Positions 1 through 8,183 of a stretch of 64,000 bases of DNA are shown piece by piece. A program made the translations under genes and the position numbers. Where the stretch lies: NCBI GenBank assembly GCA_043801745.1, contig JAZDLR010000022.1:65960-129959 (forward strand), given 5' to 3'. The first letter of the stretch is position 1, and each line of letters starts with the position of its first letter. The notes beneath the pieces were generated by a model. The model was not told the DNA's origin, made no database searches, and saw only the letters and a list, made by a program, of their open reading frames with translations. The stretch comes from Candidatus Komeilibacteria bacterium. GTDB taxonomy: Bacteria > Patescibacteriota > Patescibacteriia > UBA1558 > 2-01-FULL-52-15.

Positions 1-777
1 CAGCAGCCAGAATTGTGGCCAAAACCATAAGAGTAAAAGATACAGGTTTCCCAGCACTGGCCACAGGGGTCCACTCTGTGCCTGCCCATAAGCACAAACC
101 TCACCAATTATCAGTATTACGTCAGTTAAAGCAAACAGCCACAAAAGTACTGTCATCTGTCTTAGCCGGGAATTAAAGGCTAGATAGAGACCAAGAAAAA
201 ATGTCAGCGCCTGCCAAAAGCCGTAATAACTGACGTTGCCGAAAGTACTGGAAGCCCGTGAACCGCCGGCAGTATCAATTAATAGAGGGTGATGTAAATA
301 TTGACTAACAGCTACCAACGCTGTCAGTGAAGAAACAAAAAATATTATTTGAAACACCTTCTGCCATTCAGTCAGATTGCGGAACAGTCGAGAAACTACT
401 AAAGCAAATATTATGTAGGTGGCCCAGGTAAATAGACCATCCATGCGTAAATAGTTGCCCCAGAAACTGGACAAAAGAGTATTGTTCAAAACTGCCGACA
501 GACAATAAACTAAAAATAAGGCCAACAAAACCAACTTAGAACTATTAAACCGTGGCCGGTAGGAACGATTAAGACTAAATAAACTAACGTAAATCAGGCA
601 TAATAAAGTCGTAATAATGCGGAAGATGATATTACGCAGGAATGAAAAGGAAAAAAGAAAATCAGTCGAGAAAGTCAGAAAAAGCAAAAAACACCCGGCG
701 GTTAACCATTGAGCGGAAAAAACTAAAACTTTTTCCCAGGTCAATGTCTGAAACCAGGCAACCAAATAATTACGCAT
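1..777 (-). CDS. O-antigen ligase-like polytopic membrane protein, N-terminal ~259 codons only (C-terminal part beyond window edge); paralog of 793..3294
   Basis: Absent from ORF track because it is open at the window edge. Minus-strand ATG at 775-777; translation MRNYLVAWFQTLTWEKVLVFSAQWL... is multi-TM. Motifs FWGNYLRMDGLFTWATY and GGSRASSTFGNVSYYG parallel FWGNYERMDGLLNAYH and GGDRVSSTLGNAAYVG of the neighbouring 833-aa protein. Confidence 0.55.
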   Translation of the reverse strand, partial: MRNYLVAWFQTLTWEKVLVFSAQWLTAGCFLLFLTFSTDFLFSFSFLRNIIFRIITTLLCLIYVSLFSLNRSYRPRFNSSKLVLLALFLVYCLSAVLNNTLLSSFWGNYLRMDGLFTWATYIIFALVVSRLFRNLTEWQKVFQIIFFVSSLTALVAVSQYLHHPLLIDTAGGSRASSTFGNVSYYGFWQALTFFLGLYLAFNSRLRQMTVLLWLFALTDVILIIGEVCAYGQAQSGPLWPVLGNLYLLLLWFWPQFWLL

Positions 778-792
778 GAGAGATAACTTTTA

Positions 793-3294
793 TTACTGAA
801 CGGCCTTACCAGCTTTTAACTCGTCAACTAAAGCTGAATATTGCGGATCTAAAGTCGCTGCCTGTTGGGCGTATTCCAGAGCCTTTGCCTCATTGTTAAG
901 CGCGTAATAGACGCCCGACAATTCGCCATACAGACCAGCCTCTGACTGATACTTACTAACCCCATCCAACAGCACGGCAATAGCCGCATCATTATAACCA
1001 CCAGCTCTTAGCACTCGGCTAAAAGTCACGTAGTTATCCACCGAAAAATTTACCGGCAAGTCACGTATGACCTTGATTTCTTGCACTGCTTCAGCATCCT
1101 TCTTAGCAGTTATATAAGCTGCCAGCAGGTTTAAATGAGCATCGGGCACTTTGGGTGACAACTCGACGCCTTTTTTAAAAGCCTCGATCGCCTGATCATA
1201 CAGTTTCAGCACAATATAGACACGGCCCAGAGAATAATAAAACGGTGTGCGGGTGGGACTAAGACTAATGCCCTTTTCAATAATTTTCAGATTTTTTTGC
1301 GCGTAGCTAGAATCGATATTGGCAGCCGTCAAATATAAATTCGTTAAAAAGGCGTAATGACGAGCATCATCGGGCTCCAGGGCGATACTTTTTTCCAGCT
1401 GTGCCGCTGCCTGATCAATAATATTGCGGCGAATTTCCAACGGCGCCGTGGCAGACATGGCCACATCATTGGCAAACTCGGAAAAAGATTGCCTCAATTC
1501 TAAGGTACCGAGAAATACGGAATTATCAATAACTTTAATCGTATCCGCTACTCCCTGGTTAAAATCCTGAACGGTCTGCGCCGCCCGCAATTTATTATAA
1601 TTTTTAACGTATTGTTGGTTTTTCTGCAGCTGGGGAATGTTCAGCAAACTGACAGCGGCCAAAACTAAAATTATTATAACGACACCAATAAAGGTCCGAG
1701 CGCCGGAACGCAGATTCTGAATAAACCAGACGCGACTGCCCTGACGATGATCCTCAGCAATCAAAATAACAGCGGCCAAAGTGAGGATCAAAAGAATATA
1801 AGTATTAATACTGTCAAAAACAAAAGCATTCTGAATACCATAAGCGACAAACAAGCCGGTAAAAACCAGAAAGGCCGCCGGTTGCCCGGACTTACGGTAA
1901 TGGCGCCACAAAATCCACAAGGCATAGATAAATATCGCCAAGTAGAGAGCTAAGCCAATGACTCCACCCTGAACCAAATATTCCACGTAGATATTGTGCG
2001 CGCGGTCGTACCAGACGCGGGAATTGGCATGATGGTAAATAGCCGCCGGAAAATATTGATTAAACACCACGTAAAACCGTTCAGCGCCCCAGCCAAAAAT
2101 GGGTTTTTCCGCCGCGCCTTTCAAGCCTGTCTGCCAAGTCAGCAACCGAGCTTCTGACGACGTATCAGTCAAAGAAATACCTACGACGCGGCTTAATGTC
2201 TCGTTATTTTGCACCCAAGCGCTTTGCCGGTTAAAAAATACCAAACCTATAGACAACACTATTACTACCAAAATTATTCCGCCGCTGATCCGCAAAAAAT
2301 TGGGTACTGACTTCATAAATAAAGCCATAACAGCCATCAGGATCAGTCCGGCGACCAAACCAATCAAAGCGCCGCGGGTTTGGGTATTAAAAAGCGCTAT
2401 AGCGTTAAGCAAAATAATACTAAGATAATAGCCGTAAGCTCCATAGTGACGGAATTTTTTAGTCCAGACATTTAGATTCAAAAATAGCTGCGGCAGAATA
2501 AAAGCCCAGAAGATGGCCGCATTGGTAAAAATTAAGGTCAGCGTCCCGGCGTTACCTCGGCCGCGGGCCATTGCTTCAAAAATAACCACCATGACATCCA
2601 ATAAATACCAAGCAATCAACTCCCAACGTAAGCGTTGACCGGCAGGTTGTGCGGGTACTGGGATTTTCCACAGGCCAAATAATTTGAAACTATCGGTCGC
2701 GTGACGATAACGGGCCAGCAAGAAGAAACCAAAAAAGATGTTAAACAGTGTATAGGTGCCGACATAGGCGGCATTACCCAAAGTTGATGACACGCGGTCT
2801 CCGCCCGAGGACTCAATAAATAAATTTAAATTAGAATGTTGGCCCAGAGCGATAAAACTAACTATAAAGGAAACAAAAAAAGTGACGTGAAACAACTGAA
2901 TCCAATTATCTTTGTGGCGATAGAAACCAACTAAAATGATCAAAAATGCCAATAAATGGTAGGCATTAAGCAAACCATCCATACGTTCATAATTGCCCCA
3001 GAAGCCGATCCAAAAATCAAAGTTAAGAATGCTGGCCAGAGTCAACCAGACAAAAAAAACCGCCATCAGGCCAATGATCTTACTCTTACCAACAGAATAT
3101 TTCTTCCAGTCAGTCAGCAATAAAATAAGATATAGGCCAAACAAAATTTCTACAATAATACGAAAGGCAAAATTGCGCGGAGTGATAAAAGGAAAATAAA
3201 AAGAGCTATTGAGATACAGCGGCAGAAAGAAAATTGCTAAAACGCCAACGTGTATTACGCGGCCAATAATAGGCTCCAATCTTTTGATAAACAT
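793..3294 (-). CDS. O-antigen ligase (Wzy_C/RfaL-like) family membrane protein with C-terminal TPR repeats
   Basis: 833 aa; about 12 predicted TM helices in the N-terminal 550 aa; C-terminal soluble region with TPR-like repeats (AEAFKKGVELSPKVPDAHLNLLAAYITAKKDAEAV, ALEYAQQAATLDPQYSALV). ATG start at 3292-3294. Confidence 0.65.
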   Translation of the reverse strand: MFIKRLEPIIGRVIHVGVLAIFFLPLYLNSSFYFPFITPRNFAFRIIVEILFGLYLILLLTDWKKYSVGKSKIIGLMAVFFVWLTLASILNFDFWIGFWGNYERMDGLLNAYHLLAFLIILVGFYRHKDNWIQLFHVTFFVSFIVSFIALGQHSNLNLFIESSGGDRVSSTLGNAAYVGTYTLFNIFFGFFLLARYRHATDSFKLFGLWKIPVPAQPAGQRLRWELIAWYLLDVMVVIFEAMARGRGNAGTLTLIFTNAAIFWAFILPQLFLNLNVWTKKFRHYGAYGYYLSIILLNAIALFNTQTRGALIGLVAGLILMAVMALFMKSVPNFLRISGGIILVVIVLSIGLVFFNRQSAWVQNNETLSRVVGISLTDTSSEARLLTWQTGLKGAAEKPIFGWGAERFYVVFNQYFPAAIYHHANSRVWYDRAHNIYVEYLVQGGVIGLALYLAIFIYALWILWRHYRKSGQPAAFLVFTGLFVAYGIQNAFVFDSINTYILLILTLAAVILIAEDHRQGSRVWFIQNLRSGARTFIGVVIIILVLAAVSLLNIPQLQKNQQYVKNYNKLRAAQTVQDFNQGVADTIKVIDNSVFLGTLELRQSFSEFANDVAMSATAPLEIRRNIIDQAAAQLEKSIALEPDDARHYAFLTNLYLTAANIDSSYAQKNLKIIEKGISLSPTRTPFYYSLGRVYIVLKLYDQAIEAFKKGVELSPKVPDAHLNLLAAYITAKKDAEAVQEIKVIRDLPVNFSVDNYVTFSRVLRAGGYNDAAIAVLLDGVSKYQSEAGLYGELSGVYYALNNEAKALEYAQQAATLDPQYSALVDELKAGKAVQ

Positions 3295-3305
3295 AGATAA
3301 ATAAA

Positions 3306-4064
3306 TTATAAGTTTTCTAACGCCCGCTTACTGACTTCATCATTGGGGTCAAGACGCAACGCCTGCTCATAATACTTGCGGGCTTCGGCAATATTACCGA
3401 CAGATCTATAATAATCGCCGGCTATACGCTGCAACTGCGGACTATCCGGTATCACAGTGGTCGCCTGAGTTAATAAAGCCTGAACTTTGGCCGGGTCTTT
3501 AAAACCATCATGATATAAATCATACATCTCCGTAAAATAGACGTAGAGATTGCCCTTCTCCGCCGTGGCCATAGCCTTCTGATAAAACTCTTCGGCCTTG
3601 GGATAATTCTTCAAATAATACGTGTACAAGTGGCCCAAATTACCATTTAAAATATAACTATTGGGTTCCAACTTATAAGTATAGAGATAAATTTGCTCGG
3701 CTCCGGTATAATCTCCGGCCATCTGTTTGATCAGACCCATTTTTAGTAGCGCGTCAAAAGCTATAAGATTATTCTGATTGGCTAAGAAAAACTTGGTGCT
3801 GGTAGCAAAAGCCGAAGCGTATTTATCTTGAACATCCTGAGGTAAACTTTTATCTTTAATCTCAAAAGTCGTCATCTGTGTTACTTGTTGCCCAGCCTGA
3901 TTTTTCTGTGCTGCAGGTAAGTAAAACCAAAAATAGTAACCAACTCCTAAAGCTATAATCAAAGCTAAAAGAGCACCAAACCAAATCCATTTATATTGAC
4001 TAATCCAAGTAATAATTAGCTTCATAATAGGCATATTGTATATGCTGACGGCATTTTCTGTCAA
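3306..4064 (-). CDS. TPR repeat protein with N-terminal membrane anchor
   Basis: 252 aa; TM helix WIWFGALLALIIALGVGYYFWFYL; TPR-like repeats (AEEFYQKAMATAEKGNLYVY, AEARKYYEQALRLDPNDEVSKRALENL). Immediately upstream of the ligase-like gene, probably same operon. Confidence 0.6.
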   Translation of the reverse strand: MTENAVSIYNMPIMKLIITWISQYKWIWFGALLALIIALGVGYYFWFYLPAAQKNQAGQQVTQMTTFEIKDKSLPQDVQDKYASAFATSTKFFLANQNNLIAFDALLKMGLIKQMAGDYTGAEQIYLYTYKLEPNSYILNGNLGHLYTYYLKNYPKAEEFYQKAMATAEKGNLYVYFTEMYDLYHDGFKDPAKVQALLTQATTVIPDSPQLQRIAGDYYRSVGNIAEARKYYEQALRLDPNDEVSKRALENL

Positions 4065-4079
4065 TCCGCGTCAAGCCTG

Positions 4080-5801
4080 TCACTTAATATTTATTTTCCT
4101 GACTGCAAAACGCCGGATCCCATCCGGGGTCGCGATTTCCTTTGTATCAATTACCAGATCAACGCTGCCGTCTGGAATATTTAAATCAATTTTAGCAATT
4201 TGCTGCGGGTCAAATAAGGTATTCTGACCCTCAATAAGGTAGATGGTTTGAAAACCCATTGAATGCCAATATTCTATATTACCACCACTCTCCTGCAAAA
4301 AATTCATTGCCGGAATCACTGGCCAGCCCTCATACACAAGGCGTCGGTGCAAATACCACAAAGATGCCAGCTGATCTAAACGTTGGTCATAGACTAATAA
4401 AATCGGTGCTGGCTGCCCCTGGCCGGCTAATGCTTTGCGACGCAGAACTTCCAGCCAGGTATACCGAGTAGGAAAGGTCAGACTGGGCTTTTTTCCGCTC
4501 AATTCCTCATTTAAATAGCTGTCCAGCTGGTTATAACCCCACTGGGCGCTATTAACCCGCAATGACGAGCTGAAAACCGAAGAAGTGACAATAGGCTGAT
4601 TGAACCAAAAAGAATTAATACTCCCAAAGGCCGAAATTAGCATTACCAGCGTCAAAGACAGCCAAAGCCACTTCTTAGTGAGCCAGGGCTCTAAAACTAG
4701 GGCCAGGGCCAAAACCAGCCAGGGTATCAGTATGGCAGTAAAGCGTTCTGTGCCGCCTATAAAGGCCAACGTAACAATTTGCCAGATCAGGGCCAAAACA
4801 ACATAGAGTCCCAAAGTCTCGGCTTTTTTCCGCCACCATATTTCCCTGGCCATAATAGCGATCAGGAGCAAACTGGCCGCTACCATAACTATAGCCAAAA
4901 TTGCACTCTCTCCAGTAAATAGGTTGGCGTTCAAAAGACTTAATTTATCAGCTACTGTTCCCAGATCCTTACCTTTGTGAGTTGACCAGGCATCAGGCTG
5001 CTGACCCAAAAGAAAAGAAAACTGAAAGTCAAAATGTCCGAACTTAATAAGCAGGGCTAAATTATAAATTATGACTGGCGAAAAAAGCGCCAAGGCAACC
5101 AGACCGGCCCTAATCAATTGAAGCCATCTAAATTTAAATTGTCCCACCAGTAACTGATGACTGATAATAATAGGCGCCATGATAAACCCGGTAAATTTAG
5201 TTAACCACAGAAAACCCCAAGCCAATCCCCAACTCTTCAAGCCCAACCCATTTTGTGTCCAGCGCAGATAATAGTAAGTAGTCAACAGGAAAAAGAAAAT
5301 CACCGGCGACTCCTGCAAACCAATACGGGAAATCCAGACGTGATAAGCAGAAACAGCCAAAAGCAAGGAAGCTATAATTGCCACCTGCCTATTTTTTAAA
5401 CTGCCTATCAAATAGACAACTAGCACCGAGCCAATTCCTGCCAAGAATGCCGGCAAACGAATAACCCACGTAGAAACGCCACCCAATTTCAAGCAAATAT
5501 AATTAATCAAAAAAATTAGGGGCGGATGATCATGGAATGACAACCAGCTCCACCAGGGACGGGCATCCAGCCATTGGATCGGACTGGTCTGGGTCAAACC
5601 AACGTCATAATCCAAATAACCTAAACCACGAAAAGCGTAAAACACTTCATCAGTAATAACGTCAGCTGCTCCCAGCTGCCACAAACGTAAAACAGCAGCC
5701 AGAAATATTATCCAGGTCAAGGGATGTTTAACAATACGCTTCAAAGTCGACATAAGCATATTATAGCAACCAAACCCTGTGATTGAATACCTCACCCCCA
5801 C
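4080..5801 (-). CDS. GT-C fold membrane glycosyltransferase, ArnT/PMT (GT39/GT83)-like
   Basis: 573 aa polytopic membrane protein. N-terminus LWQLGAADVITDEVFYAFRGLGYLDYD resembles ArnT/PMT loop-1 region. ORF-track start is a GTG (5799-5801); the real start is more likely an ATG around 5756-5762 (MLMSTLKRIV). Confidence 0.7.
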   Translation of the reverse strand: MGVRYSITGFGCYNMLMSTLKRIVKHPLTWIIFLAAVLRLWQLGAADVITDEVFYAFRGLGYLDYDVGLTQTSPIQWLDARPWWSWLSFHDHPPLIFLINYICLKLGGVSTWVIRLPAFLAGIGSVLVVYLIGSLKNRQVAIIASLLLAVSAYHVWISRIGLQESPVIFFFLLTTYYYLRWTQNGLGLKSWGLAWGFLWLTKFTGFIMAPIIISHQLLVGQFKFRWLQLIRAGLVALALFSPVIIYNLALLIKFGHFDFQFSFLLGQQPDAWSTHKGKDLGTVADKLSLLNANLFTGESAILAIVMVAASLLLIAIMAREIWWRKKAETLGLYVVLALIWQIVTLAFIGGTERFTAILIPWLVLALALVLEPWLTKKWLWLSLTLVMLISAFGSINSFWFNQPIVTSSVFSSSLRVNSAQWGYNQLDSYLNEELSGKKPSLTFPTRYTWLEVLRRKALAGQGQPAPILLVYDQRLDQLASLWYLHRRLVYEGWPVIPAMNFLQESGGNIEYWHSMGFQTIYLIEGQNTLFDPQQIAKIDLNIPDGSVDLVIDTKEIATPDGIRRFAVRKINIK

Positions 5802-5940
5802 CCGACTCGCTGCGCTTCGCAGGCGGGCGGGCCAACCCTCTCCCCCTCGGCCTCGATCGGGGCGGGCTTAGAAAAGGAGAGAGAGGATGCACACATAGAA
5901 TACGTTCCTCTCCTTTACAAGGAGAGGACAGGTGAGGTAT
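5788..5940. repeat. MITE-like palindromic repeat element, copy A (~153 bp)
   Basis: Terminal inverted repeats ATACCTCACC...GGTGAGGTAT. Internal perfect hairpins TCCTCTCCTTtacaaGGAGAGGA and CTCTCC..ttagaaaaGGAGAG. A second copy in inverted orientation lies at 29744-29848. Confidence 0.5.
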
Positions 5941-6017
5941 TTAATAATAAACGACCAAAAAGTCCTCCCCCTGAACCAGAGGGAGGACTTTGTCAAATAT
6001 AGGAATCGTTATTAAAT

Positions 6018-7949
6018 TTAAATCTTCACATACCCCAGGATGCGAACCGCCGCCCAATCAGCTGGGGTGGACGGAGTGGTTTTGAAGATAGACTTAAACT
6101 TAGTAATACCACTGGCTTCTTTAGCTAAATCGCGCGTAAAACGAATGCGGTACATAATCGTATTCCAAGCCACATCTTCGGTCGCGTTCTGGAAATTCGG
6201 GTTATGGCCAAAGATACGGACAAAAGTCTTCAGTGCTGCCGGCACTTTGCTCTGTTCCAACTTAAGATTCCTATTTACCGGCTTAGCGCCATCAGCCAAC
6301 CGGGCAACGTCATCCCATTTAATATCAGAAAACTTGGTAGTTTCCAAATAATCCCGCAGTACCGCGCGGCGCTCGCCGGATCCCAGATCCTTAGTAGCAT
6401 CCGAGATGCCATAAGTCACAAAATTGGCAGCATCCGTTGCTTCAGTCGCCGACAAAATGACTCCAAATTGCTTGCCGTCTGACTTAACTAATTTTTCGTT
6501 CTTAGCTACTTCAGTCGGATTGGCAGTCTCGCCCATAACTTGTAGTAGGGTGACCGGATCAGACGGATCATAATAAAGATTTGTTTTCACTGATGTCGGA
6601 TTCGGAATAAATGAATCTGGCGCCCCGATAGGAGTTGTTACCGGCGGTATAACTGGAGGTATTGGAGTGGTTGGTGGTATTACTGGTGGCGTAGAAGATC
6701 CGGAAGAACCAGAACTGCTGCCACCATTACCGGCGCTGCCGGTGGCTGTAGTCATATGGAAGGTTAGGGCTCCTTGGGCATCAGTAGCAGCTGTCCGGTC
6801 AGTATAGTTTAGTGATTGCGTACCATAACCATCCTTGATCACACGGGCATAAGTTGCTGTATTAGCTAAAGGTATGGCGCAATAATAAACTCCCGTGCTC
6901 TCACTGCAAACAGTGGCCAGACTATCACCGGCTTCTACCGTGGCACTTTCTAACGGAGTCGTACCAGTAGCGCCGTCATAAGCAGTAACTTTTAAGGCAT
7001 ATTGTAATGAGGTTACTGTGTCACTTACTTGACTGGAGTCACTAGCAGTCCTGGTAGTACCGGTTACTAAAGAATAATTCGTGGTCACATAACCGTCCAG
7101 AGCAATTTCCGCCACCAGTGTACCGTTACTATTAGCCAGAACAGTCGGACAATACCACGTTGTCGAATTAAGTGTACAAGTAGTCAATCCGGTACTATCC
7201 CCAACTTTCACTGAAGTGACTGAAGCTCTTTTTTCTGTAGCCAAGGCCTCTGTCTTAATACTGGTAAGCTTATAAGCATACTGCACAGATGTAACGGTAC
7301 CGGTATTTTGTGCTGCAGTGGCGTCAGTACGTGTACCACCACCAGTGGCAAAAGCGTAATCAGTCTTAGTTACATAACCATCCAGAGTCACTGATACTGT
7401 TGGTGCGGCATCGCTATTCGCCGCAACCACCGCACAATACCACGCTCCGCTGGACAAGACACAAGTATTTTGCCCTGTACCGTCGCCAACTTTCACTTCA
7501 GTAGCTGTAGCTGTAATGTCCGTTCCTATGGTTTCCGTAGAAATAGCCGTAACTTTATAAGCGTACTGAACTCCGGTGATTGTAATGGTATTAAGCGAGC
7601 CCGATCTCCAGCCACCAGCAACAGCAGTAACAGTCTTAGTCACGTAGCCATCTTTAATTACTTTATAATCCATCTGTTCTTCATCAACATCACAATTAGA
7701 ACCACCAGCCGGGGTAGTCGCGGCCAAAGTACCACCAGCAGCAGTTGTAGCCAGAGCTGTATAATCTCCACCAGCGCACTTAATCTGGATTTGTGCTGTT
7801 CCGACAGCAGCAGAAGCTTCGCTAAGCGTACTCGCCACAGCCACATCACCGTTAGCCGCGCGCGCCACATGAGCCGATACTAAAAAACCGACCACTAATA
7901 ACAGGGTCAGCAGACTATATCTACTCACTTGGATGAGAGTTTTTGTCAT
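6018..7949 (-). CDS. secreted surface protein with four tandem ~95-aa Thr/Gly-rich repeat domains, Pro-rich linker and C-terminal globular domain
   Basis: 643 aa. Signal peptide MTKTLIQVSRYSLLTLLLVVGFLVSAHVARA. Repeat unit DGYVTKT...VQYAYKVTA...VKVGD.TG..TC.L.S..WYC seen four times, each with two Cys. Linker PPVIPPTTPIPPVIPPVTTP. No recognisable catalytic motif. Confidence 0.55.
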   Translation of the reverse strand: MTKTLIQVSRYSLLTLLLVVGFLVSAHVARAANGDVAVASTLSEASAAVGTAQIQIKCAGGDYTALATTAAGGTLAATTPAGGSNCDVDEEQMDYKVIKDGYVTKTVTAVAGGWRSGSLNTITITGVQYAYKVTAISTETIGTDITATATEVKVGDGTGQNTCVLSSGAWYCAVVAANSDAAPTVSVTLDGYVTKTDYAFATGGGTRTDATAAQNTGTVTSVQYAYKLTSIKTEALATEKRASVTSVKVGDSTGLTTCTLNSTTWYCPTVLANSNGTLVAEIALDGYVTTNYSLVTGTTRTASDSSQVSDTVTSLQYALKVTAYDGATGTTPLESATVEAGDSLATVCSESTGVYYCAIPLANTATYARVIKDGYGTQSLNYTDRTAATDAQGALTFHMTTATGSAGNGGSSSGSSGSSTPPVIPPTTPIPPVIPPVTTPIGAPDSFIPNPTSVKTNLYYDPSDPVTLLQVMGETANPTEVAKNEKLVKSDGKQFGVILSATEATDAANFVTYGISDATKDLGSGERRAVLRDYLETTKFSDIKWDDVARLADGAKPVNRNLKLEQSKVPAALKTFVRIFGHNPNFQNATEDVAWNTIMYRIRFTRDLAKEASGITKFKSIFKTTPSTPADWAAVRILGYVKI

Positions 7950-7983
7950 ATTTATAATTTAAGCTGAAATTATATTAAATTTG

Positions 7984-8005
7984 TTGACTATTTATAAATA
8001 GTCAA
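7984..8005. promoter_or_regulatory. perfect 22-bp palindrome TTGACTATTTA|TAAATAGTCAA, candidate operator in the leader of 6018..7949
   Basis: Read directly from the sequence. It lies 9-30 nt downstream of the predicted minus-strand transcription start (the extended -10 at 8023-8031). Confidence 0.4.
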
Positions 8006-8022
8006 AGTTTTCAGCTTGTTGA

Positions 8023-8031
8023 ATTATACCA
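8023..8031 (-). promoter_or_regulatory. extended -10 element (TGGTATAAT on minus strand) of promoter for 6018..7949
   Basis: Minus-strand sequence TGGTATAAT is an exact TGnTATAAT match; it sits ~75 nt upstream of the ATG at 7949. Confidence 0.35.
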
Positions 8032-8102
8032 TATTTCAAAGCCCTAAACTAAGGCTGTGGATAACTCGCCCACTGTTACTACATGACAATCAAACAGAAA
8101 AA

Positions 8103-8136
8103 TCCCCCTTAGCCGAAGCTTTGGGGGATTTTTCCT
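8103..8136 (-). terminator. intrinsic terminator downstream of 8184..11927
   Basis: Minus-strand RNA AAAUCCCCC-AAAGCUUCGGCUAA-GGGGGAUUU followed by UUUUCUGUUUG. Confidence 0.55.
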
Positions 8137-8183
8137 ACCCTATTCTAATCTTTACAGACTAGTTTAGGACTACTACTTCATGC

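Noticed and set aside
5763-5801. GTG-initiated N-terminal extension of the ArnT-like gene and ATG at 14734 for the HTH gene
   Set aside because: The extension of the GT gene is built from the MITE terminal repeat. The HTH ORF's first 40 codons are low-complexity intergenic sequence, and the conserved HTH begins at the ATG at 14854.
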